A DNA stretch of 64,000 nucleotides from Camelus dromedarius (Eukaryota): assembly GCF_036321535.1 (NCBI RefSeq), contig NC_087439.1, positions 45,570,001 through 45,634,000 on the forward strand, written 5' to 3'. This document shows, piece by piece, positions 36,701 through 49,661 of this stretch (within the stretch, counting starts at the first letter, position 1; every line of letters begins with the position of its first letter). The notes under the pieces are model-generated. The model was not told the DNA's origin. It ran no database searches and saw only the letters and a list, made by a program, of their open reading frames with translations. The translations under genes and the position numbers were made by a program.

Positions 36701-38474
36701 CCAGGGGACTTCCCTTCCCGTTGGGCTTTTTTGCTTCTTTTGCTTGACCACACGGACTCTCCAACAATAAATACTCAGAAATGTTCTAGTATATGTTCAG
36801 GAGTGAGGGCATATGGAGTGTTTGATTTTGTTTGTGTTTAAAATATGATTTCCACACAGATGGCATTGGTTTAGCTATTGTGTGACTTTGTTTGGATCTT
36901 TCTTTGCTCAAAAAAGAGATGAGAACCATGGCTCTTGAAGCCTCCAGCTCCCAGCTTTGTATTCTGTAACTTGCCTCCCCACATTTGCAAAGGTAGAGCT
37001 TTTGTCCCTGAAACACCTTCGCTTGTCAGTGAGGTGACAGTGATTCTCAACAGTAGTTTCAGCTGGATCTTGGAATATTAGGGTTAAGGCATAAATGGAG
37101 GCTGTGAAAATTCTGTGGACCATGGACTCAAAAACTTAGATATTTAGATTCCAGAATGCAATTACTGTAGTAGGAATCTGGTCATGATACTAGAGCTGAC
37201 AAAGCCAGCTAACTGTTTCTTTAAAAAATTGGATGGCCAGGGACAAGGCCTACACAAATGAAGTCAGTGACATATGTGTCCTATTAGATAAGCTGGTGTT
37301 TAATATCCAAAGGTACTTTTAGACATCCAGTCTGTTACTTTTCCCTTCAAAACCTTGGTGTTGAAGGGGATGGGAGGAGAGGGGGAAAATTTTTTTTAAT
37401 TCTGAAACTTCATAAAGTTGTGAACATCACTGTTTTGTTTGTTAATCGTTATACCTATACCTGGGACCTGAATATTATTCCAAGGAACATTAGAGTGCCA
37501 GCTTTGTTTCCTCTTGTCTGTATTTAGCTCCCCTTTTGTCTGTATTTAGCTTTTCCTCATGGCTCTTCACTCATCTTTCCAAAAGTTACCTAAAGTCAGT
37601 GTCTCAGCCTTGCTTTTTGCCATCAAAAAATGCAACTTCCAGCAATATTCATGTAATATGTTCTTCTCTTCATACTAATATGGTTGATGTCTCAGTAAAG
37701 ACTGTTACATAATAAGACACGTACTTAATCACCAACAGCCTCTGAAGGATGTTTTCCTGGAAGCTACGACACAGCACTTGAATTATGTGTTAACCCCTAA
37801 ACAGAGGAGTCATTTCCTTCCGGGGACCTTGAGAGAGAGAGACTCTGAAAAACCAAACTGGGTTATCTTGTTTTCAGTTGTGATCCATAGAAAACTGAGA
37901 GTTGTGGAAAGGTTTTGCTCTTTTATTTTCTAAATTCTAGAATTCAATACAATACCAAAAAAATACCATAGGTTGTTGTTTTGGGTTTTTTTTTTCTTCC
38001 TGAATCTAGCTCTTTTAAGTGTCCTCATTATAAGGTGATGTGGATTATTTGAACACGAGAGTATTTAGTAAATGCTTCATCCACCTAAACCTAATTTAAC
38101 TAATTTGGAAGAGGATTAAGGAGACTCAGACACTGCTATGATCCTGGAGGAAGAGCCAAGATTGATGTACTGAGCTGCCAGAACTATTGTTTCAAATGTT
38201 GTGAAATCAGATTTAGATCTCAGACACAAGTTCTTGGCTGAAGAAAAAGAGTTTTCCAGTTTGCAGAGAAAACCGGCTTCTCCCAGCTGCTGTAACAGGA
38301 GCATGGAAATGGGGCTTAAAGGAAAGAAAACCTCCTTGTAAAACATTGGTTTGACAGGGTTGGGGTGTTGGGGTCTTCCTTTTTATTTAGCTTCTTCTCT
38401 TATGGTATATAGCCTTAAGTTACTAGAGATAAAATTAATCTTTTTTATATTGGATCTTTGTGAGTGAAATAGCA

Positions 38475-38575
38475 GACTATCCCCATTTCACAGATGAGGA
38501 AACTGCTGCTCCTAGACTTTAGGTGCCTTGCCCACACTCACAGCCAGGAGCCAAGATTCCACACGGGGTTTCCTC
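38475..38575 (-). mobile_element. MIR fragment
   Basis: tatccccatttcacagatgaggaaactg. Confidence 0.75.
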
Positions 38576-38658
38576 ATGGAAAAGTGTGGCCCCTGAACCA
38601 CATTGCTCTGTCGTCTGCCATGGCAAACATATGTTTCTTGACTTAAGTCGTTAGACAC

Positions 38659-38979
38659 TGTCGTAGTCTGTTCCAGCTGCTGTAACAGACATACCATAAG
38701 CTGGGTGGCTTACACAATAATCAATTATTTCTCACAGTTCTAGAGCCTGAGAAGTCCATGATTCAGGTGCCAGCAGATTCAGTGTCTGGTGAGGGCCTGC
38801 TTCCTGGTTCACAGACAGGGGTCTTGCTACCCTCACCTCCCTGGGTCTCTTTAATAAGGGCGCAAAGCCCTTTTCGGGCTCCTAATCACCTTGCAAAAGC
38901 CATGCTCCAGATACCATCACGTTGGGGGTTAGGGTTTCAATGCATGAATTTGGGGGGACACAAACTTTTAGTCATAGCA
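38659..38979 (-). mobile_element. MLT1A-like MaLR solo LTR
   Basis: TG...CA termini; ctgctgtaacagacataccataagctgggtggctta...atgaatttggggggacacaaac; 5-bp TSD gacac/gacat. Confidence 0.9.
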
Positions 38980-39839
38980 GACATCTAACCCTGCTTCTTG
39001 GTGGTTTTCCTTAATCATGTTGTGTGGCTGGCAGGGCTGATTTTATTTAGCAAATGACCATTCTGATTACTGGTCTTTGAAGAAATAACCATTTGTGTTT
39101 TATTCTGGCCAAGATTTTAGATTCTTTATTTGCAATTTTTCTTTGTGATTTTGCAGATCTCCAGACAGTTCTCAATTACTACACAGATATCATATAAACA
39201 TTTATTTTACAATTTAGCAGCACCCCAGCAGCCCATCTGTAAGTGAGAGGCAGGAATTTGAAATTCTCACAGCCTTGTCTTTAAGCCTCTCGCTGTCATT
39301 GTTCCATGGTGTGCGACTAGGAAGATAGCTGGGACTCAATCTTTGTGAAATAAATGAGTCTATCTGATCCTCCTGAAAGACACACCAATAACATCTCCGT
39401 TGCTGATTTAGGATTATCTCTGAAAAGCCTGCCATTTACATAACCTTATGTTCCTCAAGGTAGATAACACTTAGATAGATTTAATTTATCAGACTAGCTG
39501 GCTTTCATCTAGCAATGAGTAATTTCTAAAGGAATTGGGGATGTTGGTGGATGTTTTTGAGCAAGAGCAACTAAAAGATTTGTTCATTTCTTGAATATAC
39601 ACTCATTTATCATTTGCTTTGATCTAATCCACAGAAATAAAAAGATGAATATGATTCTATACCTGCTGTCAGGTGGGATAATTGTTATTATGTTGATATA
39701 TAGAGGTTGAAATGGGAGCCCAGTGTTAGGACATTCAACTTGCACTTATGAGTTAGGGAGGTTAGGAGAAGAGGAGCCTGAGATGGTTCTTCAGGGCTGA
39801 CAGACGGAGTTTGTGTGTTGAAGCACAGGCTGAGCTCTG

Positions 39840-40400
39840 AGGAACAGCAGGCAATGAGCTGTAGAGGTAAGTAGGTGTCAGATCAGGAAGGACCTTGTGT
39901 GCTGAGCTGAAGAGTGTCATCTTAGTTCTGAAAGTTGTGGAAAACCAGTGAAAATATTAAGCAGAGGAATGGCACACTCATTTAGAAAGTTCTCTCTGGC
40001 TACCACGTGGAGAATTGATAGGATGAGGGCAAAACCCGAGATGAGACTAGTGGAGAAGCTGTCACCATAGTCCAGGCAAGAGTTGATGAGGGCCTGAATT
40101 AAAGTAGTGAGATCATTTTTCTGTAATGAGCTGTAATAGAAAAAATTATATTTATGTATGTATATGTATAACTGAACTGCTTTGCTTTACACCTGAAACT
40201 GACATTATAAGTTGACTACACTTCAGTAAAAAGTAAGAATGAAAAAAGCAGTGAGTTAGATGGAATGATTCCCATAGGGAGGCTACAAGTGCAATGTACA
40301 GGGCCTGGTGACTGATAAGATGGTCGGGAGTAGTGGGGAGAACCTGGAATGAGATTCCTTTGTTTCTGGCTTGTGCTTTTCCTGAACACATTGTAGAAAA
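39840..40400 (-). mobile_element. L2 fragment interrupted by a short L1 tail (about 40125-40235)
   Basis: tttagaaagttctctctggctaccacgtggagaattga...gtccaggcaagagttgatg; insert tatgtataactgaactgctttgctttacacctgaaact. Confidence 0.65.
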
Positions 40401-40972
40401 GGGCTTTTCAATAACTTTTTAAGGCAGTGAATCTCAGTGGCAACTGCTAAGGTTATGATGAAATGATGCTAGAGCAATAAGTGTGAACCAATGGTTAGTC
40501 TTTCAATATACAGTTGAAGCATTGGTGGTCAGGTGGTAGAGAAATGGAGAAGGCCATCAAAGGTTGGCATTTCCTCCACCCACCAACAGCACAGGCCCCT
40601 CCATCGTGGTCAAAGTTGGCCTCCACTTACGCAGTACACCCCTGGTGCAACATGGCAGGTGTTCCACTGAGCTATACACTTCTTGAAATAATTTTGACAA
40701 ACATAGATATCTATAAATATATTTGGCTAAATTGGGGAAACAAATACACAATGTAATATGTGTTGTGAGTCTATGCCTGGTTCTCATTTTTCCAGGCCAA
40801 TCTATTATGAGAAATAATCTGTCACAACTGGTTTTCCTGAAGATAAGCCTAGAACTCTTATCCCTTCAGTAATTCATCATATAAACTCCAGTTTTCCATA
40901 CTTGATATTGCAGCTACACCTTGCAGCTGATCTCAGTGTGTTACTAGTCAGGGATAGGGCTCAAGTAAAAGC

Positions 40973-41000
<28 letters not shown>
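40973..41000. repeat. (TG)14 microsatellite
   Basis: Perfect TG run read directly. Confidence 0.97.
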
Positions 41001-41004
<4 letters not shown>

Positions 41005-41769
41005 GATAGATAATAAACTCTCTAAAGCAGAACCACACTCTATAGAAGACATTTGTGATTCTGGAGTGGGACTGCTTCAAGAGATACTGTATGTATGTAG
41101 ACTATGTTATACCAGCAAAGTTTGGCTGAATTGAGAATCAAACCACATTATCTAGTAACTAGTAGGATGTAATATGCTTGTCAAAGTCCAATAAACTATA
41201 GAGTGGCTATTTAGGTGATTAATTCAAAATGAACACACGATTGCATTTTTCCAGAAAGGAAGGATGTCAACTCCATTGTAAGTCTGGGAAACTATTTTCC
41301 CAAGTAAAATGAACAGCTGACTAAAGGCAATGAAACTTATAAAATAAGCAGGAATAATTTGTGGCATTTAGTGGCATACAAGTTATGGACCTTTGATTGA
41401 TGCAAAATTCCCTAAAAATATTTTATACCATTAATTGAATAAGCTTGAAGGGGAAGAAATGACTTGTCCAGAATAACCTAGAAGAATATTTTAAGTTAAG
41501 AGATGAAAAGATAATGCCAATATATGTTTCACAATACATTTTTTAAGGAAAGAAAAAAAAACCTTCTAAAAGCCTGTGTGGTCATAAATAGGATATATAA
41601 ATGGTCTTCTTTAGGATTAACTTACATCATTCCATCATAGTTGTACTTTTCCCTCTCCAGTCCTTCTTGAGTTAATTAGTAACTATAGTTCCAGTTAAGT
41701 TTAAAGTTCCTTTAAAATGTGTGTTTGATAACTGCCCTGTTATTATTTCTAATTAGTGCTTAAAGCTGG

Positions 41770-41870
41770 AATAAGTTTTAGAATTCACCAGCCTAATCAC
41801 CCCATTTTATAGTGGGAGAAACTAAGGTCCGAGAAAGTGAAATGACTTGCTCAAAACAGACAAAAAGACT
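41770..41870 (-). mobile_element. MIR fragment
   Basis: ccccattttatagtgggagaaactaaggtccgagaaagtgaaatgacttgctcaa. Confidence 0.75.
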
Positions 41871-42214
41871 TTCACCCTATGCTGCTTCAGAACACTGACG
41901 CACTTAATATAGCATGCACATCCTTGTTAATCAGAAAAGCTTTACTGTGTTCTATTTATTGAAGTTAGGTGAATCACAAAGCCTTAACTAGTTTGACTCT
42001 GAAACATGACCATCTTGATGGAGTGCGTGCGTGGTGGGCTCTCATTAACCTTCGTCAGATTTAAGCAATATTTAATTCTAATTGGCTTCATTTTCAGTTG
42101 GCCATTACTTAATCTATTGAGATTGACCATGGTTTGCAGGATTTCAACACAATTTGGGGATTTTTTGCAATGCAGATATTTTCCTTTTTGCCCAAGGCAA
42201 TAATAGACAGGGAT

Positions 42215-42394
42215 NNNNNNNNNNNNNNNNNNNNNNNNNNNNNNNNNNNNNNNNNNNNNNNNNNNNNNNNNNNNNNNNNNNNNNNNNNNNNNNNNNNNNN
42301 NNNNNNNNNNNNNNNNNNNNNNNNNNNNNNNNNNNNNNNNNNNNNNNNNNNNNNNNNNNNNNNNNNNNNNNNNNNNNNNNNNNNNNNNNNNNNN
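42215..42394. other. 180-nt N block with no recognisable repeat in its flanks
   Basis: Seen directly; content unknown. Confidence 0.95.
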
Positions 42395-42829
42395 AATGCT
42401 CTTTGTAAAGTTAAGACCCAGTTCTCCTGTAAAAAGGACAGTTGTGGTGAGTTGTTTCTTCCCCCCTCAGGGTGAACTGCAGGCTAGTTAACATATATAG
42501 CTCTCATAGAATCATGATAGTAATTTGAGACAGTGATTGTGCTTTAACAGTTTACAAAGTGCTTTCACATCTTTTTTGACCCTCAAAGCATACCTTTTAG
42601 TTTCTAGAACCCTTACCCCATATACTGAGGAAATATGCTCATAGAGGAAATGAACCTGGACCTAACTTCAGCCTCAGTCTTAACCTCCCCCTCCCTCTCT
42701 CCTTCTCCCCATCATCCTCTCCCTTCCTCTCCCCCATCTCCTTTAACGATGATTACTCATAGGGGTATGGAGAGATAAGACTCTTATTCAGTAAGTTGGC
42801 ACAGTATTTTCAGAGTCTCTATAATTATT

Positions 42830-43610
42830 CATACACTTTATTCTGGACCAGGAATACACTTCTAGGAATCTAATTTTAGGAAATAATCAGAGATGTGGTC
42901 AAATATTTATCCCTAAGGACATTTGTGGCAATTTTAAGTGAAAATTTTTAATAAACCAAATGTCCAACAAAAGAAGAATATTTAAATTATAGTACATCTT
43001 AAATGATGTAATATTAAGAAGCAACTAAATCATGTTTACAAAGAATATTTACAGTTACCAGCAAGTGTTTGTGTTTGTTAAGAGTAGAATATAAGCTATA
43101 TAATTTTCATATACATTTACATATACCCACATATTTATATTTATTTTATCCATATCAGGGGTCAGCGAAGATTTTCTGTGAAGAACCAGATAGTAAATAT
43201 TTTAGGTTTTTGGGCTGTAGGCTCTGCTATTTTAGGGTAAAAGCAGCATAGACAGTACATAAAATAATCAGCATGACTGTAGTCTAATTAATCTATTTAT
43301 TTATGGACACCTAAATTTGAATATCATACAGTTTTCATGTGCCACAAAATATTACTATTCTTTTGATTTTCTTTCAACCATTTAAAAATGTAAAAACCAC
43401 TCTTTGGTCACCAGCCATACGCAAACAGCAGTGGGCGAGATTTGGCCGTAGGGTCGTAGTTTGCCAACCCCTGATTTTCACCATAGAAAGAAACACCCAA
43501 AAGGAGCTGGTGACCTCTGGGTAACAGAACAATGAGAGGTCCTTATTATCTTCCTTAATATTCTTGCCTATATGTTCTATATTTTCTATAGTACATATAT
43601 TACACTTTAA
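42830..43610 (+). mobile_element. Ancient L1ME-like fragment split by MER58
   Basis: cacttctaggaatc...aaaccaaatgtccaacaa...tatattacactttaa. Confidence 0.55.
43156..43473 (+). mobile_element. MER58B-like hAT-Charlie MITE
   Basis: TIRs caggggtcagcgaa / tttgccaacccctg; ccagatagtaaatattttagg; gatttggcc...tagtttgcc. Confidence 0.88.
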
Positions 43611-45209
43611 TAATAGGAAAAAAAAGAATAAGAAGTAGTTTTTAAAAGAAAGAATTGGTCCAAGTTTAACCAGTGGTAAGTGGCAGGGGCAGTTTTTGAA
43701 CAAAGAACCCCTTTCTGCCATGCCCATTGCCCCCTAGAATTGCATGGGTGGAAGGGGTCTTTAGAGATTTATGAATAGTCCAACCCTTTGTGTTACAAAA
43801 GAAAGTGAAGACTCCCAAAACTTAACAGCTCACCCAAGATACAGAGTAATCAGCGGCAGAGACACAGCTGGCTGCAAGCGCCCAGCCTCCCTCCCCATCC
43901 AGGGCTCTTTCTTCTTCCTCCCTGGGCACCATAAGCGGTAGGCAGGATCAGGGGGGCCATCGTTTTGTTGTTGTTGTTAGTCTCCAAATCACTTTTATTT
44001 TGTATGTTCCCTTTCTTTTGCAGTTGCTTTTTGTTCTTGTTTTTGTTTCTAAATCCCACAGCCAATTCTGTAGGCTGTTATGCAAAAACACCAGGGGGAC
44101 CTGGTGTCCTAATAATCCTTCATCAGCGAGTCCCACTTGTGGAATGAGGCAGCTAGAAGAAGAAATGTTTGTACAGTCAGCTTTGCTGGAAAAGAGTCAG
44201 TTTATAAAGGCTCAGTTAGGTGTTGACTGTCAGCCCTCCCCTGTGAGAATGTGTCTCTAACTAGCCCCTGCCAGGGGAGCGTCTCTGTTCCAGTCCTAGT
44301 TCTACCACTTAGCTCTACAGTCCTGAGAATGTGTTCAGGAAAGAGATGCTGTGCCATAGCTCTCTTGTCTTTCCTTTTCATTCACTCACCAGCATTTCCT
44401 GATCACCTATAATCATCTCGATGTCACTTGGCTAGGCTGGCCTGGAGACAGAAAGCTAAGTTGGTCATAGCCCTGGCCCTCAGTGTCAGTAAAGTGGCAG
44501 TAACTCTCCTGTTCACCTCTGAGGGACTTGGGTATCCAAATTAAATGATCTGTATAACATACTTTGTAAATCGGAGCACTATGTGAATATGAGATGATTT
44601 TTATTATTGGTGCCTTTGTTCCTCACTAAAGAGTCAAAGACCAGAAGCTGAGGCTTTCGCAGTGTTTATGAATGTTTAAGGAAAGCAGCGGCAGGCCCTG
44701 GGGGAGTTTTAGGATCTCAGGTTTCCAGACATAAGAGCAGGCTGTCCACAGGTCCCTTCCTCCTGATAGGCCTATCAACATGCCAACACAAGGAGCTGAA
44801 GGCAAAGCTGGTGGAAGTTAGTTTCTAGTTGTGGTTCATTTGAACTTGCATGTGTTCAAATGGCTCTGAATTCATATCCCTGGAATATTAGAAATACCAA
44901 CCAAAAAATTTTAAAAATAAGTTTCTATGTCCTTATGACCACAAAGAAAAGATGCATAAAAACTTTTCCTACTCAGATAAAAGTGTTGTTATTTTTAAGG
45001 TGCAGAGGGAAGACAGATTATAAAGGATAATTCTGGTTGACAGACCCAATCAAAAGTGAAGGACTTCTTCATTCTTTAATATTTACTGTATTCACATCAT
45101 ACGGGTTATATACCCTGTGAGCACTTAATGCATGGATGTAAAACTGCATCATAATATAAGCCTGTACGGTCCTTTATAGTCACACATATGTTTAATTACA
45201 AGATGACTT

Positions 45210-45650
45210 CATTGTAAGGCTTTTGCTGGCAAGTAATTGCACACCTAACTCAAACTAGCTGAAACAATAAAGAGGATTTATTGGCTCACTTAATTGAAAT
45301 GTCATGAGGCATGACTTGATCAGGACTTCAGGCTCTGTTCTTTGCAATTCCCTTAACTCTGCCATCCTGCCTGGTTCAGCTTCAACGTCAGTTTGATTTT
45401 TCGTAAGATGGCAAAATGGCTACTGCAGTTGTAGACTTCACATTTACACAAAGTCCTGGTCACGTGGAGACAGAGCTTCCATGTCCCACAATTGGACTGG
45501 ACAACCCCTAACCAATCCTTGCGGCTAGGGGAATGCTGTGAGTTAATTGGCTGGTGCCTGGGGTGGATGCACCATTTACTGTAAGGAAAGGAATGGGGTT
45601 ACCCTGACTTAGACCTATTAGAGCCCATCCCTGGGTCAGGGGCGAGATCC
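45210..45650 (-). mobile_element. Old MLT1-type (J/K-like) LTR
   Basis: aactcaaactagctgaaacaataaagaggatttattggctca...aaaatggctactgcag...cctaaccaatc. Confidence 0.6.
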
Positions 45651-45721
45651 ATTGCTCCCAAATATGACTGCTATACCTTGTGGAAGGGGTGGCTTGTATT
45701 TAGGGGAGACAACAGTGTTCA

Positions 45722-46300
45722 TTTTATTAGTCAAGGTCCAGTCAGGAGACAGAAACCACACCAGTTATTTCAACAGAGAGAACTTAACTCTCCCGTTGTT
45801 ATCAGTATCAGAGAACTGAAAAGGCAAAAGGGAGACACTACGGTATCCTGGAGATGGTAAATTTAGGAAGCAGCTTCCACTCCTAAAGCTTGAGGAACAA
45901 AAGATGTTGTGATTGTTAGAACTTAAGCTTGGATGAGGGGCCTCACAGAGCTCAAGTCCAGACCTCTGAGTAGGTTCTCTGTCCAGCTGGTTCTGGTATC
46001 CGAGGGGATACAGTGAGGCTGGTTCTGGTAGTGTGAGGACACTGCAAACTGCAAACTGGAACTGAGTGTGACTGCTGCAATCAACCAGTGCTGCCAGGAG
46101 GAAGATTTGTGGCTACAGTGATGCAGATAGGAACAAGAAGCAAACAGGAAGAAGCAAGTCCCACCTTCTCCTCTGGCATCACAGTCTCCCTCTGGCACCC
46201 CCTGTCGGCAGAACCTAATAGGAAGTCACATAGCAAAGGAGAAATATGATTTGTCAGGTCCCATCCTACCAGCACAAAGAGCGTGGAACTGAGAGTTACA
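45722..46300 (-). mobile_element. ERVL-type solo LTR (LTR41-like)
   Basis: tattagtcaaggtccagtcaggagacagaaaccacaccag start as recalled for the LTR41 group; family uncertain. Confidence 0.55.
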
Positions 46301-47639
46301 GTATTAGCGCGAGAAGAGAGAGGAAAGAAGTCAGTGTGCTTGTGTATACACACTTGTGCATAAGAAACGCAAGAAGAAAATCTGCTGTAGTCTTTGTTAC
46401 TATAAATGAAATGGTCATAAAGCCATAGTTGATGCTTATAATTTCCTTATTCCTTACCCTGTGGTCTCTCAGCCAAGAGCCCAGCCTTTTGAGAATCTTC
46501 ACCTCATTCCTGAAGGGTCGGAGTCTTCACTGGTTCTGCATATTTCTGCTTGCTGTAGTTTTCCTTTAACTTTTACTGTTGGACGTGGAAGTACTGAGAG
46601 GTACCCAAAGAACATCCTGAGTTCCAGACAAAGTCCTCTTTGCTCCATTGTGTCGTCCCAATTCCCTGACAGTCAGCATCAATCCATCCAGTAGAGCAAT
46701 CCCTTTCTTTACCTGTTGGTTCAGTGGCATAAGGATCCCAAAATGCCAAGAGCAGTCACATCTTCTAATTGCATGGAACCATTGTGATAGCTCCTGGTGG
46801 AAGGATTCCTCTCTTAGGTACCAAGACCTTCAAATAAGGAGAAGTGAAAGTTTAGGGACAAGAAGCAAAAATTCTATATAAAACTATTTTAGTTACTTAG
46901 GAAGTAATAATAATAAAAAAAAATTCCAGAATGGCCCCATTATCTCTGATTACTCCCCTGGAAAAATATGTTTACCTTTGACTTTAATCTCCTGGTGGGC
47001 AAAGTCTGTCACTGGTCTATATTTGTATGCCCAGTGGAGCCTTTATAACATCTGGAACCTGATAGGCAGTCAGTAAATGCTGGCCGAATGTATTGATAGA
47101 TGGTTTAGATATGAGCTAACTGGTGAGTATCCAGAGAACTAAACCTTTCCTTCATTTTCACTTTAATATTGCTGTCTCACACATGAAAGCTAGGTTCCTT
47201 CAGTCTCGGGACTTATGAATAAATTCTAGTAAACTGTGACTCAGCACCCCATTTATCAGTACTGGGTTGAAGATTAGTATGTGAGTTCCCCAAAGGAGAT
47301 GGTGGGTCCCTCCCTACTCCCTTTCAAAGTGTCATGGCTTTCGGGGAGTGTTTAATAGTACTGTGCACTTTGAAGTGGAATATCTTAAATTTTAGAAGAT
47401 TCATTTTCCTATGACTTGAAACAGGGAAATATTTCATTAGCTTCTCTTCCCAAATCCTGAGGAGATTCTGAAATGTGAACCAAAGCAGTCTTCCACTGCC
47501 TGGAGCTCCTTCACAACATCAAACACTTAATGAAAATGTTTTCCTCAAACCTCAAGCATTTCCAGATATTAAATGCGAAGAGGAAAGATTTTGCTCTAAC
47601 TGCAAAGTGTTCTACAACTGCAGGGTATGTGAGAATGCC

Positions 47640-47712
47640 GTGTGTGTGTGTGTGTGTGTACGTGTACGTGTGTACTTACATGTGTGCATGCGCACACACT
47701 CATGCACGTGCG
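47640..47712. repeat. Alternating purine-pyrimidine tract ((TG)9 plus mixed TG/CA/CG)
   Basis: gtgtgtg...tacgtgtacgtgtgtac...tgcatgcgcacacac...gcacgtgcg. Confidence 0.9.
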
Positions 47713-49169
47713 TTTTCCCTGTTTAATACTTCTGGCATAAATCTAATATTATGCCCAGACCCTCTCTAAACAAAGTTGCATAAACAATACCTGTCTGGGG
47801 TATTCTCAAGGGTTCATTGGGAAGAAGTGGGAGGGAAATGTGCCCTCCCCCAAACACAGCCCAGCTGTCGGCCTGCGAGAAAGCAGATCCCCACGCGCCC
47901 AAGGTCGCTGTGCTCTCTTGGGGCTGTAACGTCTGGGGACCCAACATGAGTGGTTTTAGAGGAAGAGGCAGGGTTGGACAGAAAGGTGACCAAGTAGCTT
48001 AATTTTAATTAGATCTGTTATACGAAAGCACACCTTTTTTTAAGGGCTGACCTGAAGTTTAAGAACAGAACAGCTGTTCTGTATTTGAAGTTTTGCCCTC
48101 TCCGGAGCTGCTATAAAGTACTTTGTTTTAAATAAATAATATCAAAAGTAGTTCCCTGTGAGAGGGTATTGGAAAGTTAGTGAACATTTTTCTGTTAAAG
48201 GATTTCAAAAGCATCCTAAGGTAAACACAGTGAATACTCCTAATTACTGTCAAAATTTGCATTTTACATAATTTATAGTTTGTTAAAAATGTATTAAATA
48301 TCCTAGGCTGTTAATATATTTGCTGTATTATCCACACTCTGCACTCATTTCCTTGAACTAACTGCTAAAATTTCCAAGTTGTTCTCCTGTGAAACTTGCT
48401 TTAAAGAGTAGATATCATGGTCTAAGTGAACAGACTGCCACCCCCAAGGAATTGTTTTGCCCCCTCACTGGTGGTGGCATTACATGAAGGGCCCAGAAAG
48501 CTTACTGAAGGCTTGAATCTGTAGCAGTAGCTCCAAAGAGCTTAGCCCTTTCTTAGAGAAATGACTTTGTTACAGGAATTCTACATAGTATGGGGAACAA
48601 ATTTTTGTTTTTAAGAAATTCATTTTCTAATTAGTCCATGAATCCTGGGCAAACTAAAAGTGTATGAATTGAATTTTATTACTCAGCCTGTTTGTAGAGC
48701 TTGTCACTATAGAAGCAGTTATTCATATAAAGGCAATAAAATACACTTCTTGGTTGTGTAATAAAATGGAGAATCTATGACCAGCAAGAACTAGAGAATC
48801 AGCATCAGCAAATTTGAAGGTCTGTGATTTGTAAATAATGTTTTATTTAAACAAGACCTTTTCAAGTTATCTGAGCATGATGGGGGCACTGCCAGTTACA
48901 ACCTCAATAGTCAGTGCTTTGGTTTTTATATGTGTATATATAAAGTAATAAAATACTTTCAAACACCCAGGAAAGAAGAAAAATAGTATGAAACACCCCG
49001 GTAATAGGTTTTAATATCTCACCCTGTTTGCTTCAAGTTTTTTTGCAAATACTGTTGAAACTCCCGCATTACCCTATCCCAGTCCTACCCTTCCTCTCTT
49101 ATCCCTGTGATAATCACTGTCCTGAATTTTCATTCATTCTCTAACATATTTTTAACAGTTTGCTAAATG

Positions 49170-49661
49170 TGTAGTGACATGGTTCAGGACACACTACTCC
49201 AAAATATGGGACCTTGGTATATTGACTATTTCAAGCTGAAGGAATTTGAGAAATGGTCTATGCAGGGAGGACTTTCTGCCCTTCCCCTGAAGCAGATCGT
49301 AAAACTCTCATACAGGAGTTGCCCTCCATATGCCTGGGGGAAAGGAGCATGGTTACCTCTGAAGGGAAGGGACCCAGAGAGGAATCTATCAAACACACCT
49401 TGCTGAGTACCCCCAGTTTACTACATGTAGCTCATCTTTGTCCAATCACATCTTTCTACTCCTCAACAAACCTAGCATAAAAACACTCAGGCTTAACCAT
49501 TTCTTTGGGTCTTTATTTCCTGATGAAGACTCCTATGTAATGTAAAATTATATTAAATAAATGTGTTTGCTTTTCTCCTGTTAATCTATCTTTGTCAGTC
49601 TAATTTTCAGACCCAGCCAGGGACCCTAAGAGGGTTGAGAAAAACTTTTTCTTCCCCTACA
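49170..49661 (+). mobile_element. ERV1-class solo LTR (MER34/MER39/MER4-group-like)
   Basis: TG...CA termini; ccaaaatatgg...tatttcaagctgaaggaatttgagaa; CCAAT at 49442, cataaaa at 49476, attaaa at about 49552; cttcccctaca end. Confidence 0.75.

Noticed and set aside
37514-37551. 16-bp direct repeat ttgtctgtatttagct (period 22)
   Set aside because: Two copies only; a simple slippage duplication, not an array
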